From Deltaproteobacteria bacterium (GTDB lineage Bacteria; Desulfobacterota; Dissulfuribacteria; Dissulfuribacterales; QOAL01), in assembly GCA_024275145.1 (NCBI GenBank), contig JAJRZR010000067.1, positions 908 to 64,907 of the forward strand: a DNA stretch of 64,000 nucleotides, written 5' to 3'. Position 1 is the first letter of the stretch; each line of letters begins with the position of its first letter. Made by a program: the position numbers and the translations under genes. Positions 39,504 through 50,391 of the stretch are shown in pieces. The notes beneath the pieces are model-generated. The model searched no databases. It had not been told where the DNA came from and saw only the letters and a list, made by a program, of their open reading frames with translations.

Positions 39504-40298
39504 TCAAAGTACCCAAAGTGCCTTCAGACCATGCCAGGTGGCGTCAAGAAAAGGCGCAGCTCCCTGCATCCTAGAGAAGCCACCGCTTCCGGTCCTACAG
39601 GATATTATAAAGGCTCCGGCCCCTCCGGGATCATCAGACGCCTGGCCCAATATGGCGAGACCACTAAGACATGTATGGGAATTTTCGATGAAAGACGTGG
39701 TTCCTGGCATGAAACCGAACCCACCGTCACAATTTTGACATGTTTGCAACCAGGCTGTGATCCTCTCCCTGGCATCAGACAGTAATTGGGTACCTTGCCC
39801 AAGAAAGGCCCACATCCTGGCCTCACGTGCGGTCTTCCAACGTAGTGCCGTTATACCGGCAAGCACCTTTTTGCGGATGCCCGCAGCCATTATTCCATCA
39901 CCAGCAAGCTCAAGTGCGGTCCTGTAAAGATAGTACGCCCGCTCCAGGAAGAGGTCATCTCCTGCAAGGCCTTGCAATAGACCTGCCAAGTACTCCCTTT
40001 CGAAGGGAACACCTGCAATCCTGCATCCTGTCAGAAGCCTGTATATCAACTTTCCGGATACCGGAGGATCTCTAAGTTGACTGTCAAGATAGTTCCTCAA
40101 GGGCGTATCCAGCCATGGCGGCACGAATACCTGGGCATGCCCCTCTTGAAACCTTGCCATCTCAAAAATGGACAGGGCATAGAATGTATCTTCTATGGTG
40201 GCCGGTAAAAGGGGGGTGGCTCCATAGCCACCTGTCTCTTTGCGCCTCATGGCCGCAAACCTTACCACCCCATTGAGAACTTCGCGGGGAATCATCAT
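39504..40298 (-). CDS. Prenyltransferase/squalene oxidase repeat protein
   Basis: Repeats ETGGYG..TFYAL, CQNCDGGFG..SFIEN, CRTGSGGFS..DATW. Confidence 0.78.
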   Translation of the reverse strand: MMIPREVLNGVVRFAAMRRKETGGYGATPLLPATIEDTFYALSIFEMARFQEGHAQVFVPPWLDTPLRNYLDSQLRDPPVSGKLIYRLLTGCRIAGVPFEREYLAGLLQGLAGDDLFLERAYYLYRTALELAGDGIMAAGIRKKVLAGITALRWKTAREARMWAFLGQGTQLLSDARERITAWLQTCQNCDGGFGFMPGTTSFIENSHTCLSGLAILGQASDDPGGAGAFIISCRTGSGGFSRMQGAAPFLDATWHGLKALWVL

Positions 40299-40405
40299 CT
40301 TACAGACCAATCGAAAAAACGGACCAGATTTTCATGACAAATGTACACCTACACCGACATGAAGCACAGCCCTGATGAAGGACGTTTTCGCACTATGGAT
40401 CCAAA

Positions 40406-41515
40406 TCAATACATCCTGCCCCTAAACAACATCCCTGCCGCCGCCAGGGTCACGACACCTATAAGGGCCATCGGCCAGTATTGTGACCAAAGGAGGTCAA
40501 AGGAGGCACCCTGCAGGAAGATAGACCTGACTACTATCAAAAAATATCTCAATGGATTCAAATAGGTCAGGTCTTGAACAAGCCTTGGCATATTCGCAAT
40601 AGGGGTTGCAAAACCGGAAAGTATCACCGAGGGAACCAGGAAAAGAAAGGCCCCCATGAGCCCCTGTTGTTGGGTGACCGAAAAGGCGGATATCATGAGC
40701 CCGATTCCTATGGCGGACAGTAAAAAAGTAAAAAGGCCGAAATACAGGGCAGGAATACTCCCTCTGAGTGGTATGTGAAACCAAGTCACTATTACCAGGA
40801 TAATGAACGTGGCCTCCAGGGTACCTATTATGAACCCGGGGAGAGACTTGCCTACAAGGATCTCAACCGGGGTCATGGGGGTAACGAGAAGCTGGTCAAA
40901 GGTACCGGCCTCTCGCTCCTTCGCCACCGACAAGGATGTCACCTCGATGGTAACCACCAGGGTAAGTAGCGCCACGATTCCGGGGATTATGAACCAATGG
41001 GAATCAAGCATCTCATTGAACCAGGATCTCACCACCAACCTGGCCGGGGGAATGGTGCGTCCATGGGTGGCGGCCCAGTCTTCATTGAAATCCGCCACTA
41101 TCGACTGGATATAGTTCAAACCTATGAGCGCCGTATTGGAATTTCTGCCATCAAGTATCACCTGGATCGTACCAGTTTTTTCACGGCTCAGGTCCCTTGA
41201 GAAGGTAGGACCTAGGTGAATTACCATTAGCACCTTGCCAAGGTTGATCAGGGATGCTATCTGGGCATCGTCATCTATGGCACCATAGAATTTGAATGTT
41301 CTGGACCCGTCGAACCGCGCCAGGAACACCCTCGATGCCTCCCCGGTATCCTCATTGTAGACGGCATACGGTACGTTGTACAGATCAAAACTCGCCGCAT
41401 AACCAAACACCAATATCTGTGCCACTGGCGGCAGGACAAGCACCATCCTGCTCTTCTTGTCCTTGAGGATCGCCAAAAATTCCTTCACCATCAAGGCATA
41501 TATACGGCGCAGCAT
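40406..41515 (-). CDS. ABC-2 permease (YbhR-like)
   Basis: KEREAGTFDQLLVTP, LSGFATPI, NPLRYF. Confidence 0.92.
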   Translation of the reverse strand: MLRRIYALMVKEFLAILKDKKSRMVLVLPPVAQILVFGYAASFDLYNVPYAVYNEDTGEASRVFLARFDGSRTFKFYGAIDDDAQIASLINLGKVLMVIHLGPTFSRDLSREKTGTIQVILDGRNSNTALIGLNYIQSIVADFNEDWAATHGRTIPPARLVVRSWFNEMLDSHWFIIPGIVALLTLVVTIEVTSLSVAKEREAGTFDQLLVTPMTPVEILVGKSLPGFIIGTLEATFIILVIVTWFHIPLRGSIPALYFGLFTFLLSAIGIGLMISAFSVTQQQGLMGAFLFLVPSVILSGFATPIANMPRLVQDLTYLNPLRYFLIVVRSIFLQGASFDLLWSQYWPMALIGVVTLAAAGMLFRGRMY

Positions 41516-41523
41516 GTGGTCCC

Positions 41524-42678
41524 CTATTCCAGTCTTTTTCGAGCCTTCTTACGTATTATTACGATGAAAGCCGTGCCCATGGCCACCAGCCACAGACAAT
41601 TTGAAAAGAAAATGGGCCAGATATCCCCGGCAAGAAATATGTTCTGCAGGATGCTCACGAAGTACCGTGCCGCCACCAAGTGGGTAAGCCACTGGATAAC
41701 CATGGGCATCGAGCCAATATCGAAGACAAAGCCTGACAGCATGAATGCAGGCAGGAAGGTGACAACTATGGCGATCTGGCCTGCCACGAACTGGCTGCCT
41801 GCGGTCTGGGAAATGAGAAGGCCCATGAATATGGCGGTAAGCATGAACAGGGCAGAACCAATTGTAAGGGCGAAAAAGGACCCCCTAAGGGGTACGTGGA
41901 ATATGAATATCGCCATGGCCACCGACAAGGCCATCCCCCCCATACCCAGCACAAAATATGGGATGATCTTCCCAAGCAGGATCTCCTGGATCTTCACAGG
42001 GCTGACCATAAGCGCCTCCATGGTCCCCCTTTCCCATTCCCTGGCAATCACCATGGCGGTGAGCATCGCCCCTATGAGTGTCATTATGACGGCAATCAGG
42101 CCTGGGACCAGGAAATTTCTGCTCCGCACAGCGGCATTGAACCATATCCTGTAGTCCACGTTGACAGGGATGTTAAGAGGCCTGCCTCTTTCCATGGAAA
42201 AACGCTCAAGCCACTTGATCCAAGCCCCTGTCACATAGCCGATGGTGATCCTGGCCTGGTTGGCATCAACGCCATTTACAATCACCCCTATCGGGGCATT
42301 CCCCGTGCTCAAGAGTAGTCTGCCGAAATCACCCCTCAGCCATACGATCCCGTCAATACGGCGTTGCATCAGGGCCTTTTCTGCCTCCTGGATGTTGTTC
42401 ATGATCACAGGGGAGAAATATTCCGACTGACCAAAACCGCTTATAAAATCGAACGCGGCCTTGTCCGGTTTGTCGATCACCATGGCCATGGGAACATGCT
42501 GGGCGTCCAGGGAAACGCCATAGCCGAATATGAATAACAATACCACAGGAAGAACGAAGGCTATACCTATACTGGATGGGTCACGAATGATCTGATAGCT
42601 TTCCTTTTTTACAAGGCCCCTCAGCCTCATCATACTTATGCCACGCATGTGACCGCCGTATGGCTGTTCCCCTGTCAT
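41524..42678 (-). CDS. ABC-2 permease (YbhS-like)
   Basis: KESYQIIRDP, REWERGTME, LSGFVFDI. Confidence 0.92.
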   Translation of the reverse strand: MTGEQPYGGHMRGISMMRLRGLVKKESYQIIRDPSSIGIAFVLPVVLLFIFGYGVSLDAQHVPMAMVIDKPDKAAFDFISGFGQSEYFSPVIMNNIQEAEKALMQRRIDGIVWLRGDFGRLLLSTGNAPIGVIVNGVDANQARITIGYVTGAWIKWLERFSMERGRPLNIPVNVDYRIWFNAAVRSRNFLVPGLIAVIMTLIGAMLTAMVIAREWERGTMEALMVSPVKIQEILLGKIIPYFVLGMGGMALSVAMAIFIFHVPLRGSFFALTIGSALFMLTAIFMGLLISQTAGSQFVAGQIAIVVTFLPAFMLSGFVFDIGSMPMVIQWLTHLVAARYFVSILQNIFLAGDIWPIFFSNCLWLVAMGTAFIVIIRKKARKRLE

Positions 42679-44582
42679 GCCGACTCTGCCTCTTGCCCGT
42701 GCATCTCGATCAACGCGATAAAGGCATCCTCCATGGTTGGATCTGGATTTTCAGGGCTACGAAACCTCGCCTTCATCTCCTCAGGTGTTCCTGCAGCCAA
42801 TATCTCCCCCTGGGCCATTATGACCATCCTGTCGCAATACTCTGCCTCTTCCATGAAATGGGTCGTCACCATCACCGTCACATTGGCCTCGGCGAGGGCA
42901 TTTATATGACGCCAGAATTCCCGCCTCGCCAGGGGATCAACGCCAGAGGTGGGCTCGTCGAGAAAGAGAATTTCAGGCTCGTGCATGAGGGCCACGGCCA
43001 ATGCGAGCCTCTGCTTGTAACCAAGGGGTAATGTCCCGCTTCTGGCGTCCTTCAATCCAGAGAGGTCAAACGATTCAAGGGCCCAGCCAATACGCTGCCT
43101 CTGACGTTTACCCCTCAACCCGTAGGCGCTGCTGAAGAACCTCAGATTTTGATATACCGTAAGGCCCCCGTAAAGGGAAAATCTCTGGGCCATATAGCCT
43201 ATCTTTGCCCTTGCCTTTGCCCTTGCCCTCCTGAGATTGTGGCCTGCAACCCTGAGTTCACCCGAGGATGCTGGGAGCAACCCACAAAGCATCCTGAACG
43301 TGGTGGATTTTCCCGCCCCATTTGCCCCCAGAAGCCCGAAGATCTCCCCCCGTTTTACGGTAAAATCTATTCCCTTGACCGCATAAAAGTTCCCGAACTT
43401 GCGTTTGAGGTCCTTGACGGCTATTACCTCCTCGTCCCTTGAACCCCTTACCATGGATGGGGTTATGGCATGATGAAGCTCTGCCTCTCCTTCGCCTTCC
43501 TTTTTCCTTTTTAGGAGGCTTATGAACGCATCCTCAAAACGGGGCTCCACTACCTGCACATCAAAATCCACCCCAACTTGGAAGCACCTTTTAACCTCTT
43601 GGGGTTCCATGGCATCCCTGGTTACGAGCCTGACCTTCTCACCAAGGATAAGCGCATCTATTACCTCGTGCCTTTCGCTGAGTACCTCCTGAAGCCTGCG
43701 CTTATCGCCCCTTGAGGGAGTAAGTATGAAGCTGTGACCCTCAAGCGCCTTGCTGAACACATGGGGTTCGTCCTGGCCAAGGAATCGACCCTCATGTATG
43801 AGGATCACGTCTTGGCAACGTTCGGCCTCATCCAGATATGAGGTGCTGAGCAACACACTCATCCCCTCCTCTTCGACCTGCCTGTACACGATATGCCATA
43901 ACTCCCGCCGGGACAGTGGATCTACACCCACTGTTGGCTCATCAAGGATCAACAACGCCGGAGGCTTGATCAGGGTACATGCAAGGCCCAGTTTCTGTTT
44001 CATACCGCCTGAAAGGCGACCTGCAAGCCTTCGGGTAAAAGGTCCCAGCCCGGTCATCCTCATCAGTTCACGGTACCGGCCAGGCCTTACCTCGTTTGGC
44101 ACACCCTGGAGATCGGCATAAAGATCCAGATTTTCCTGGACGGTGAGGTCTTCATAGAGCCCGAAGCGCTGTGGCATATATCCGATAGCCGCCTGGACCT
44201 CAAGGGAATCCCTGGACGTATCCATACCCAGACAGATGATCCTTCCCTTATCAGGTATGAGAAGGCCCACGGCCATACGCATGAAGGTAGTCTTGCCCGC
44301 CCCATCCGGCCCTATCAGCCCGGTTACCATCCCTTTCTTTACCCTGGCAGAAAAGTCATCCAGGGCTATGACCCGTCGCCTGCCCAGGAAAAAGCTTTTG
44401 TTGGCGCCCGTTGCCTCAAGGCAATATTCACTATGCACAGACATCCCCTTTGGGGATGACGACTTCACAATGGATGGTGTCTGCACGGACAGACCATGTT
44501 GTTGGTACGCTTGTCCGGAAGCGCTGTCAGCAGTACCTCGTCTATTCATCCTGGCAGTGCTTCTGGATCGGGACCCTTTCAT
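42675..44582 (-). CDS. Tandem ABC ATPase (YbhF-like)
   Basis: Two NBDs: GPDGAGKTT/LSGGM and GANGAGKST/LPLG. Start uncertain (ATG 44444 possible). Confidence 0.9.
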   Translation of the reverse strand: MKGSRSRSTARMNRRGTADSASGQAYQQHGLSVQTPSIVKSSSPKGMSVHSEYCLEATGANKSFFLGRRRVIALDDFSARVKKGMVTGLIGPDGAGKTTFMRMAVGLLIPDKGRIICLGMDTSRDSLEVQAAIGYMPQRFGLYEDLTVQENLDLYADLQGVPNEVRPGRYRELMRMTGLGPFTRRLAGRLSGGMKQKLGLACTLIKPPALLILDEPTVGVDPLSRRELWHIVYRQVEEEGMSVLLSTSYLDEAERCQDVILIHEGRFLGQDEPHVFSKALEGHSFILTPSRGDKRRLQEVLSERHEVIDALILGEKVRLVTRDAMEPQEVKRCFQVGVDFDVQVVEPRFEDAFISLLKRKKEGEGEAELHHAITPSMVRGSRDEEVIAVKDLKRKFGNFYAVKGIDFTVKRGEIFGLLGANGAGKSTTFRMLCGLLPASSGELRVAGHNLRRARAKARAKIGYMAQRFSLYGGLTVYQNLRFFSSAYGLRGKRQRQRIGWALESFDLSGLKDARSGTLPLGYKQRLALAVALMHEPEILFLDEPTSGVDPLARREFWRHINALAEANVTVMVTTHFMEEAEYCDRMVIMAQGEILAAGTPEEMKARFRSPENPDPTMEDAFIALIEMHGQEAESA

Positions 44583-45594
44583 CAGGCCTCGGCTTGGGCT
44601 GATCCAGCCTTATGCTCACGGTGGCAGGCATCCCAAGGCGGAGTTCATTTTCCTTGTCACACACATATACCCTTACCTGGTATACGAGCCTTGTCCTGAG
44701 TTCCGGTGTCTCCACGTTCTTGGGTGTGAATTCAGCCACCGGAGAGATAAACCCTATCCACCCCCTATAGGACTTGCCTGGATAACTATCGGTGGTGATC
44801 ACTGCCTTCATACCAATGGCAATCTTTCCAAGGTCAGGCTCAGGGATATATGCCCTTACCCACATCGGGTTATAAAGGGCCACAGTGAATACAGGGGTCT
44901 CAGGAAATGCCATATCTCCAGGCTCAAGGATACGGTTTCTGATTATACCCTCAGCGGGTGAGTACAGCCTGGTATCGGCCAGTTTTTGTCTTGCAAGCTC
45001 CAACGCCGCAGTGAGCGCGGATAGCTTTGCCTCGGCAGCGGCTATGTCTTCCTTCCTCGGGCCTAGGACCAGAAGTTTCAAGGCCTGTTTATCCGCATCA
45101 AGCTTGTCCCGAGCGGCCTTGAGCCTGGCCTCGGCATCATCGAGTTTCTGCCTTGATACGTATTCCGTCCCTGCCAAGGCCTTTATGCGCTGGTACGTGA
45201 TCTTGGCATTTTTGACCATTGCCTGGTCGGCCCTGACCCTGGCCCGTGCCGCTAGAATCTCCTGAGGCCTTGAACCAGAATGAAGTCTGGCAACTATCCA
45301 TCTTTGTGCATCCACCTCGGCCGCAAGTTGCTTTGCAGCGGCCTCGTATCTAACAGGATCCAAGCTGCCAACCAGTTGGCCCGCCCTTACCCTGTCACCC
45401 TCCTCTACCAACAATTTCTGAATACGGCCGGTATCGTGAAACGCAAGCGGGACCCGCCTTATGTCTATATTGCCATAGATGTGCAGGACGCCAGGCGTTC
45501 CTTTCTGTCCATGCTTGAAAACATATACACCCACCGCCACGGCAACGACTATCGTCAAGACCAGCCCTGCCCTCCTGGCCTTCTTGATGTCCAT
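44542..45594 (-). CDS. HlyD-family membrane fusion protein (YbhG-like)
   Basis: YGNIDIR, EEGDRV, AEFTPKNVET..RTRLVY, LRLGMP. Confidence 0.92.
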   Translation of the reverse strand: MDIKKARRAGLVLTIVVAVAVGVYVFKHGQKGTPGVLHIYGNIDIRRVPLAFHDTGRIQKLLVEEGDRVRAGQLVGSLDPVRYEAAAKQLAAEVDAQRWIVARLHSGSRPQEILAARARVRADQAMVKNAKITYQRIKALAGTEYVSRQKLDDAEARLKAARDKLDADKQALKLLVLGPRKEDIAAAEAKLSALTAALELARQKLADTRLYSPAEGIIRNRILEPGDMAFPETPVFTVALYNPMWVRAYIPEPDLGKIAIGMKAVITTDSYPGKSYRGWIGFISPVAEFTPKNVETPELRTRLVYQVRVYVCDKENELRLGMPATVSIRLDQPKPRPDERVPIQKHCQDE

Positions 45595-45596
45595 GG

Positions 45597-46934
45597 CTAC
45601 CCTTCTTCTCCCTTTCCCAAAATATCATTGATTGCCCTTACATCCCTTTCGCTGATCACGCCTGCAGCGGCCTTGAGCCTGACCCTGGCGAGGATATGGT
45701 TATAAAGGGCAAAATAATAGTCCCTACGGGCTACAAAATAATCATGGGTGGTATCCAAGGTGTCAATGATTGTCCTGGTACCCAGTGCATAACCCTTGTT
45801 GGTGGCATCCATGGACACGCGGGCGGATTCCATCTGTTGCCTTGCCGCCTCCAGTTGGACCACGCTGTCCTTCAGCCTCAGGAAGGCCTTTTCCACGGAA
45901 ATCGTAACCTGGTCCCTCAATTGATCCAATCTGTGCCGGCTTTCTAACGCCCTGGCCTCCGCCTCCGAGGTCTTTGCCGAGATGCCCCCCCCCAGATAGA
46001 GTGGGACGGAAAGCACCAGCCCTACCTCGGTCTGGGTATCCCTGACATCCGGCAGGAAACCACCGTTCAGAAAACCTGCACCGGCCTTCAGATCCAACCT
46101 GGGCCACCTCTCCCTTCTAGCGAGTTCGACCCTCTGCCTGGTAGCCTCCAGGACCTTCCTAGCCTTAGCCAGCAGCGGCTGATTGTCAAGGGCCGATTTT
46201 ATCCACGGTTCCATGAAACAGGGTTCCGGGCCAAGCGGAACAAGATTTCCCACATCACGCAGTTCTCCCACAGGACGATGTGCCAGAAGTTCTAATTCCT
46301 TTCGGGATACAGCCAACCTGTTCCTTGCCGATATAAGGGCCGATGAAGCCGCATCATAGCGGGCCCTGGCCTCTTTCACTGCTATTATGTCACCGGTGCC
46401 AACCTCCAGATATCTCCTGGTCCTGTCCAGGATCGTCTTCAAAAGATCCTTTTCCCGCCCGGCCACCTTGACATCCGCCCTGGCCTGAAGGACCTTGAAA
46501 TAGGCCTCAAAAACCCTGAGGATCAAATCCTGTCGGCTCCCTATGACACCCGCCTCCTCGGCCTTTATCAACGTCCCTGCCATCTTGAGACTTACGTATG
46601 CCTGGCCGTCGAATACGGGCTGGACGAGGCGGACGCTGTATGAGTCTCCCCAGTAATATTTTTTTATCTCCTCCGGCCCGGCACCTGAAAGCCTAGTATA
46701 TTTCCTTGAAAGTTCAGCCCCTGTTGTCAACCTGGGAAGGAGCCTGGATCTTGCAAGTGGAACCTGTGCCCTTGCGGCATCCAGTCTGGCCCTTGCCATG
46801 GCAAGGGTAGGATCGCTGGCCTCGGCTGCCTTGTAGACCGTCAGGATGTCATCTGTAGATGCCGCGTATACAGAACCTGCCAGTTGCATACAAAGTACTG
46901 AAAAAATCAAGACCCCTGTATGATGAAACCGCAT
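45597..46934 (-). CDS. TolC-family outer-membrane efflux protein
   Basis: Signal peptide, two OEP repeats (LLPRL / WPRLDL), GTRTIID, LKAAAG. Confidence 0.9.
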   Translation of the reverse strand: MRFHHTGVLIFSVLCMQLAGSVYAASTDDILTVYKAAEASDPTLAMARARLDAARAQVPLARSRLLPRLTTGAELSRKYTRLSGAGPEEIKKYYWGDSYSVRLVQPVFDGQAYVSLKMAGTLIKAEEAGVIGSRQDLILRVFEAYFKVLQARADVKVAGREKDLLKTILDRTRRYLEVGTGDIIAVKEARARYDAASSALISARNRLAVSRKELELLAHRPVGELRDVGNLVPLGPEPCFMEPWIKSALDNQPLLAKARKVLEATRQRVELARRERWPRLDLKAGAGFLNGGFLPDVRDTQTEVGLVLSVPLYLGGGISAKTSEAEARALESRHRLDQLRDQVTISVEKAFLRLKDSVVQLEAARQQMESARVSMDATNKGYALGTRTIIDTLDTTHDYFVARRDYYFALYNHILARVRLKAAAGVISERDVRAINDILGKGEEG

Positions 46935-47166
46935 ATAAGATCCCTCAACCGTAAAAGCTCAAATCTTTCACCTTTCACCCTGTCCAGCCGGACCATATCT
47001 CATCCCCCGGCACTAACGATACAGCCCCTTATGGAAACCGACACGATTATCCCAAATTATGCACTTCAAATGCCTAACGAAAATACTTCTTCTTTCATTT
47101 AAGGCAGTTATGACTATTTTGAAACATACAAACATTCACTCAAACAAACATGGCACCGCGGTATGC

Positions 47167-49692
47167 TTAACGCATCCACAGGATATGATTCTCTTCCAGG
47201 GGTACGAGTGCCTCGGGATGGGATGGAACGAGTCTAGGGGTATAGTCTGAAGAAGGACGCCTCTTGGGGATCGAGGCCTTGTATAAGAAGCCATTTATCG
47301 CGCCAGCCAGCCTTTCAGAGCGCTTCATGGGCCAATGTTCCGGTTCCTGCTCACCGTCGAGGGGTTCGGCGAAAAGTTCCGCATCGACGGCCTCGGGATC
47401 AAGATCATCCAGGTAGATCTGGACACAAAAATCATATGTATTATCGGACTTTTTGAGCTGGAAGTGACCGAAGTGCACATTATTCCAATGCCGTCCTATT
47501 TCGGCCCGCCACCTCTCTATCTCGGAACCGATCCTTCCACCCTGCTCGATGCGCTTCCGGAAGTTATCGGCAGCGGGGATATAAAACTCCTCGGTATACT
47601 GGCGAAGCATCCGGTTACTAGAAAACTGGGGGGTCAATCTGGCCATACTCGTTCGCATACGGTTGACCCATGGAATCGAAATCCCCCTTGAATCCCTGTC
47701 ATAGAATGCAGGGATTATATCGTTCTCAAGTGTGTCATAGAGATCCATGGCCTCCTTCGCATCCCAGCTGGGATCGGCATCGTGCTCTTTTCCATCACCA
47801 AGGGCCCAGCCCACCTCCTGGCAAAAGGCCTCGGCCCACCAACCATCCAGTTCCGAGAAATTGATGCCACCATTTACCAACACCTTCATCCCGCTCGTTC
47901 CGCTTGCCTCCCACGGCCGCCGCGGTGTATTTATCCAAAGGTCCACGCCCTGAACCATTTTGGAGGCGATTATCATGTCATAATCCTCTATGAACAATAC
48001 CTTACCGAACACCTCGGGTCTCCTGATATACTCGGCCCACTGTTTTATCATCCTCTTTCCTTCAAAATCCTCAGGATGGGCCTTCCCTGCTATAATAAGC
48101 TGTACCGGCCTGGCAGGGTTGTTCAATATCCTAGTCAGCCTCTCCGGATCGTATAGCAGGAGATTAGGTCTCTTGTAGGAGGTAAACCTCCTGGCAAACC
48201 CCATTGTCAGGGCGTTCGGATCAAGCAGATCGGCGCACTTGGCAACAGCGATCTGTTTTTCGCCCACCGCTGCCCTTTGCCTGGCTACGCGTTTCCGGCA
48301 AAATTCTATCAGCTTCAGCCTGCTGCGTCCCCTGAAATTCCACAATGTTTCATGATCAAGCTTACTCAGGTCCGTCTCTACCGTATCAAGGGTCCCGAGC
48401 CACCTCGCCTTTCCACAGGAACCTGTCCACAGCGCATCGGAGTCCTCTGAATCCCATGAAGGCACATGGACAGCGTTGGTCACATGGCCTATGGGGACCT
48501 CTTCCTTTGGCCACCTTGGGAAAAGTGGAAGGAATATCTTTCTGCTCACCTCGCCATGCAGACGACTGACACCATTTATTGCACCACTGCCCCTCAAAGC
48601 TAGATAGGCCATGTTAAATGGTTCGGATGCATCCTCAGGCTTTGCCCTTCCAAGGGCGAGGAGTTCATCCAACGATATGTCCAGGGCCTCGGCCAGATGC
48701 GAACAGTAACGGCTGAACATCGGGGCAGGAAACCGGTCAAAGGCGGCATCGACCGGTGTATGGGTGGTAAAAAGATTTCCTACCCTGGTGCAACTGAGTG
48801 CCTCATGGAAGGACAGGCCCGTGGCCTTCATAAGTGAAAGGGCCCTTTCCAGGACCACAAGTGCCGCATGCCCCTCATTCAGATGACATACCTGGCAGTT
48901 GAGCCCCATGGCCTCTATGAGACGCCAACCCCCGATACCCAGAACGATTTCCTGTTGAAGCCGGATCTCGCTGTCACCGCCATAAAGCTTTCCCGTAATA
49001 CCGCGATCCTTGGGGCTATTCAAAGGATCATTGCTGTCTAGCAAAAGAAGCCTCACCCTGCCCACCTGAACCTCCCAAGTCCTTAACACCAGATCCCGGC
49101 CAGGCAGAGATACGTTTATCCGGAGCCAGTCACCATTGCTGTCCCTAAGAGGCATTATGGGCAGCATGGCAGGGTCATTATAGGGAAAAAATTCGAGCTG
49201 ATTACCCTGAGCATCAAGCGCCTGCCTGAAATAGCCCTGTTGGTAGAGTATGCCAATGCCTACCAGCGGGATACCCAGATCGCTTGCGGTCTTGAGATAA
49301 TCTCCAGCCAGTATGCCCAGCCCTCCGGAATAGAGTGGAAGGGCCTCGCTCAGGCCAAATTCCATACTAAAGTAGGCAATTGTGCCCAATCGGTCCAGGC
49401 CATAGGTCTCGGAAAACCAGGTGGCTTGAGCCAAGTCCTTCTTTCTCTCCTCAAGCTGCGCCTCGAGTTCCTTGAGAAAGTTCCTGTCCCTTGCCAGTGC
49501 CTCCAATCTCTTTTGGCCGACACTTTCCAGTATCAACCAGGGATTGCCGGTAGCTTCCCATAGTTCCGAATCAATTGCCTTCCAAAGGACATCAGAGGCA
49601 TGATTCCAACTCCACCTCATGTCTATTGCCAGCTCGGACAAACCCTTCACCGGCTCGGGAAGGGGACGTAACAGGTATCTGCTGTAATACAC
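47167..49692 (-). CDS. glgP: Alpha-glucan (glycogen) phosphorylase
   Basis: YFSMEFGL, YSGGLG, NEGH, FARRFTSYKR, EASGTSGMK (PLP lysine), LDGWW. Confidence 0.95.
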   Translation of the reverse strand: MYYSRYLLRPLPEPVKGLSELAIDMRWSWNHASDVLWKAIDSELWEATGNPWLILESVGQKRLEALARDRNFLKELEAQLEERKKDLAQATWFSETYGLDRLGTIAYFSMEFGLSEALPLYSGGLGILAGDYLKTASDLGIPLVGIGILYQQGYFRQALDAQGNQLEFFPYNDPAMLPIMPLRDSNGDWLRINVSLPGRDLVLRTWEVQVGRVRLLLLDSNDPLNSPKDRGITGKLYGGDSEIRLQQEIVLGIGGWRLIEAMGLNCQVCHLNEGHAALVVLERALSLMKATGLSFHEALSCTRVGNLFTTHTPVDAAFDRFPAPMFSRYCSHLAEALDISLDELLALGRAKPEDASEPFNMAYLALRGSGAINGVSRLHGEVSRKIFLPLFPRWPKEEVPIGHVTNAVHVPSWDSEDSDALWTGSCGKARWLGTLDTVETDLSKLDHETLWNFRGRSRLKLIEFCRKRVARQRAAVGEKQIAVAKCADLLDPNALTMGFARRFTSYKRPNLLLYDPERLTRILNNPARPVQLIIAGKAHPEDFEGKRMIKQWAEYIRRPEVFGKVLFIEDYDMIIASKMVQGVDLWINTPRRPWEASGTSGMKVLVNGGINFSELDGWWAEAFCQEVGWALGDGKEHDADPSWDAKEAMDLYDTLENDIIPAFYDRDSRGISIPWVNRMRTSMARLTPQFSSNRMLRQYTEEFYIPAADNFRKRIEQGGRIGSEIERWRAEIGRHWNNVHFGHFQLKKSDNTYDFCVQIYLDDLDPEAVDAELFAEPLDGEQEPEHWPMKRSERLAGAINGFLYKASIPKRRPSSDYTPRLVPSHPEALVPLEENHILWMR

Positions 49693-49698
49693 CTTTGA

Positions 49699-50391
49699 TT
49701 ACTCCTTTTTCAGGACGATTCTAGCGTCCGCGACCACACACCTCTTGGAATTACATATGAGGGGATTGATATCAATTGATTCCATATAACCTTGAATGTC
49801 AACGACAAAACGGGAAAACCTCACCACGGCCTTTCTGAGGACCTCCATGTTCACCGGCTGCTTTCCACGGAAGCCCTCCAGCAGGGGACGGCCTCTAAGG
49901 CCCTGCACCATGGAATCCACGTCTTTTTCCTTTAAAGGGGCCATTCTTATAATAGTATCATTGTATATCTCAACGGCGACCCCGCCCATTCCCAGGATTA
50001 CAACGGGACCAAATTGGAAATCTATATTGGCCCCCAGGATGAGCTCTATTCCCTGTACGGTTTCCTCTACTATGGCACCTGCAAATCCGTCAATCCTAGA
50101 CAGGGTGGAATAGGCATCCCTTAATTCCTGCATGGAATTAATTCCAGTGATAACCCCACCAACATCCGATTTGTGCATCGCCTTCGGAGAAACTACCTTG
50201 GCTACCAGGGGAAAGCCCTTTTGCGTAGCAAACCCAAGGGCTTGGCCAAGATCCCTGGCCCATACGAAATCAGGGCAGTCCATGCCTGCCTCCCTGAGAA
50301 GCCCCTTTGCCGCTGGCTCCATGATCCAGCCCCGGCTCCTTGCCGTGCCGACCTCCTGAACAAATCGATCCTTTATCAACAAACCTGGCAC
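49699..50391 (-). CDS. ADP-forming acyl/acetyl-CoA synthetase beta subunit (ATP-grasp)
   Basis: GFPLVAKVVS..HKSDVGGV, FGPVV.GMGG, DINPL, DARI. Confidence 0.88.
   Translation of the reverse strand: MPGLLIKDRFVQEVGTARSRGWIMEPAAKGLLREAGMDCPDFVWARDLGQALGFATQKGFPLVAKVVSPKAMHKSDVGGVITGINSMQELRDAYSTLSRIDGFAGAIVEETVQGIELILGANIDFQFGPVVILGMGGVAVEIYNDTIIRMAPLKEKDVDSMVQGLRGRPLLEGFRGKQPVNMEVLRKAVVRFSRFVVDIQGYMESIDINPLICNSKRCVVADARIVLKKE

Noticed and set aside
47051-47072. dif/Xer site (GTGCATAA on the minus strand)
   Set aside because: No XerD arm (TTATGTTAAAT-like) after a 6-bp spacer in either copy.
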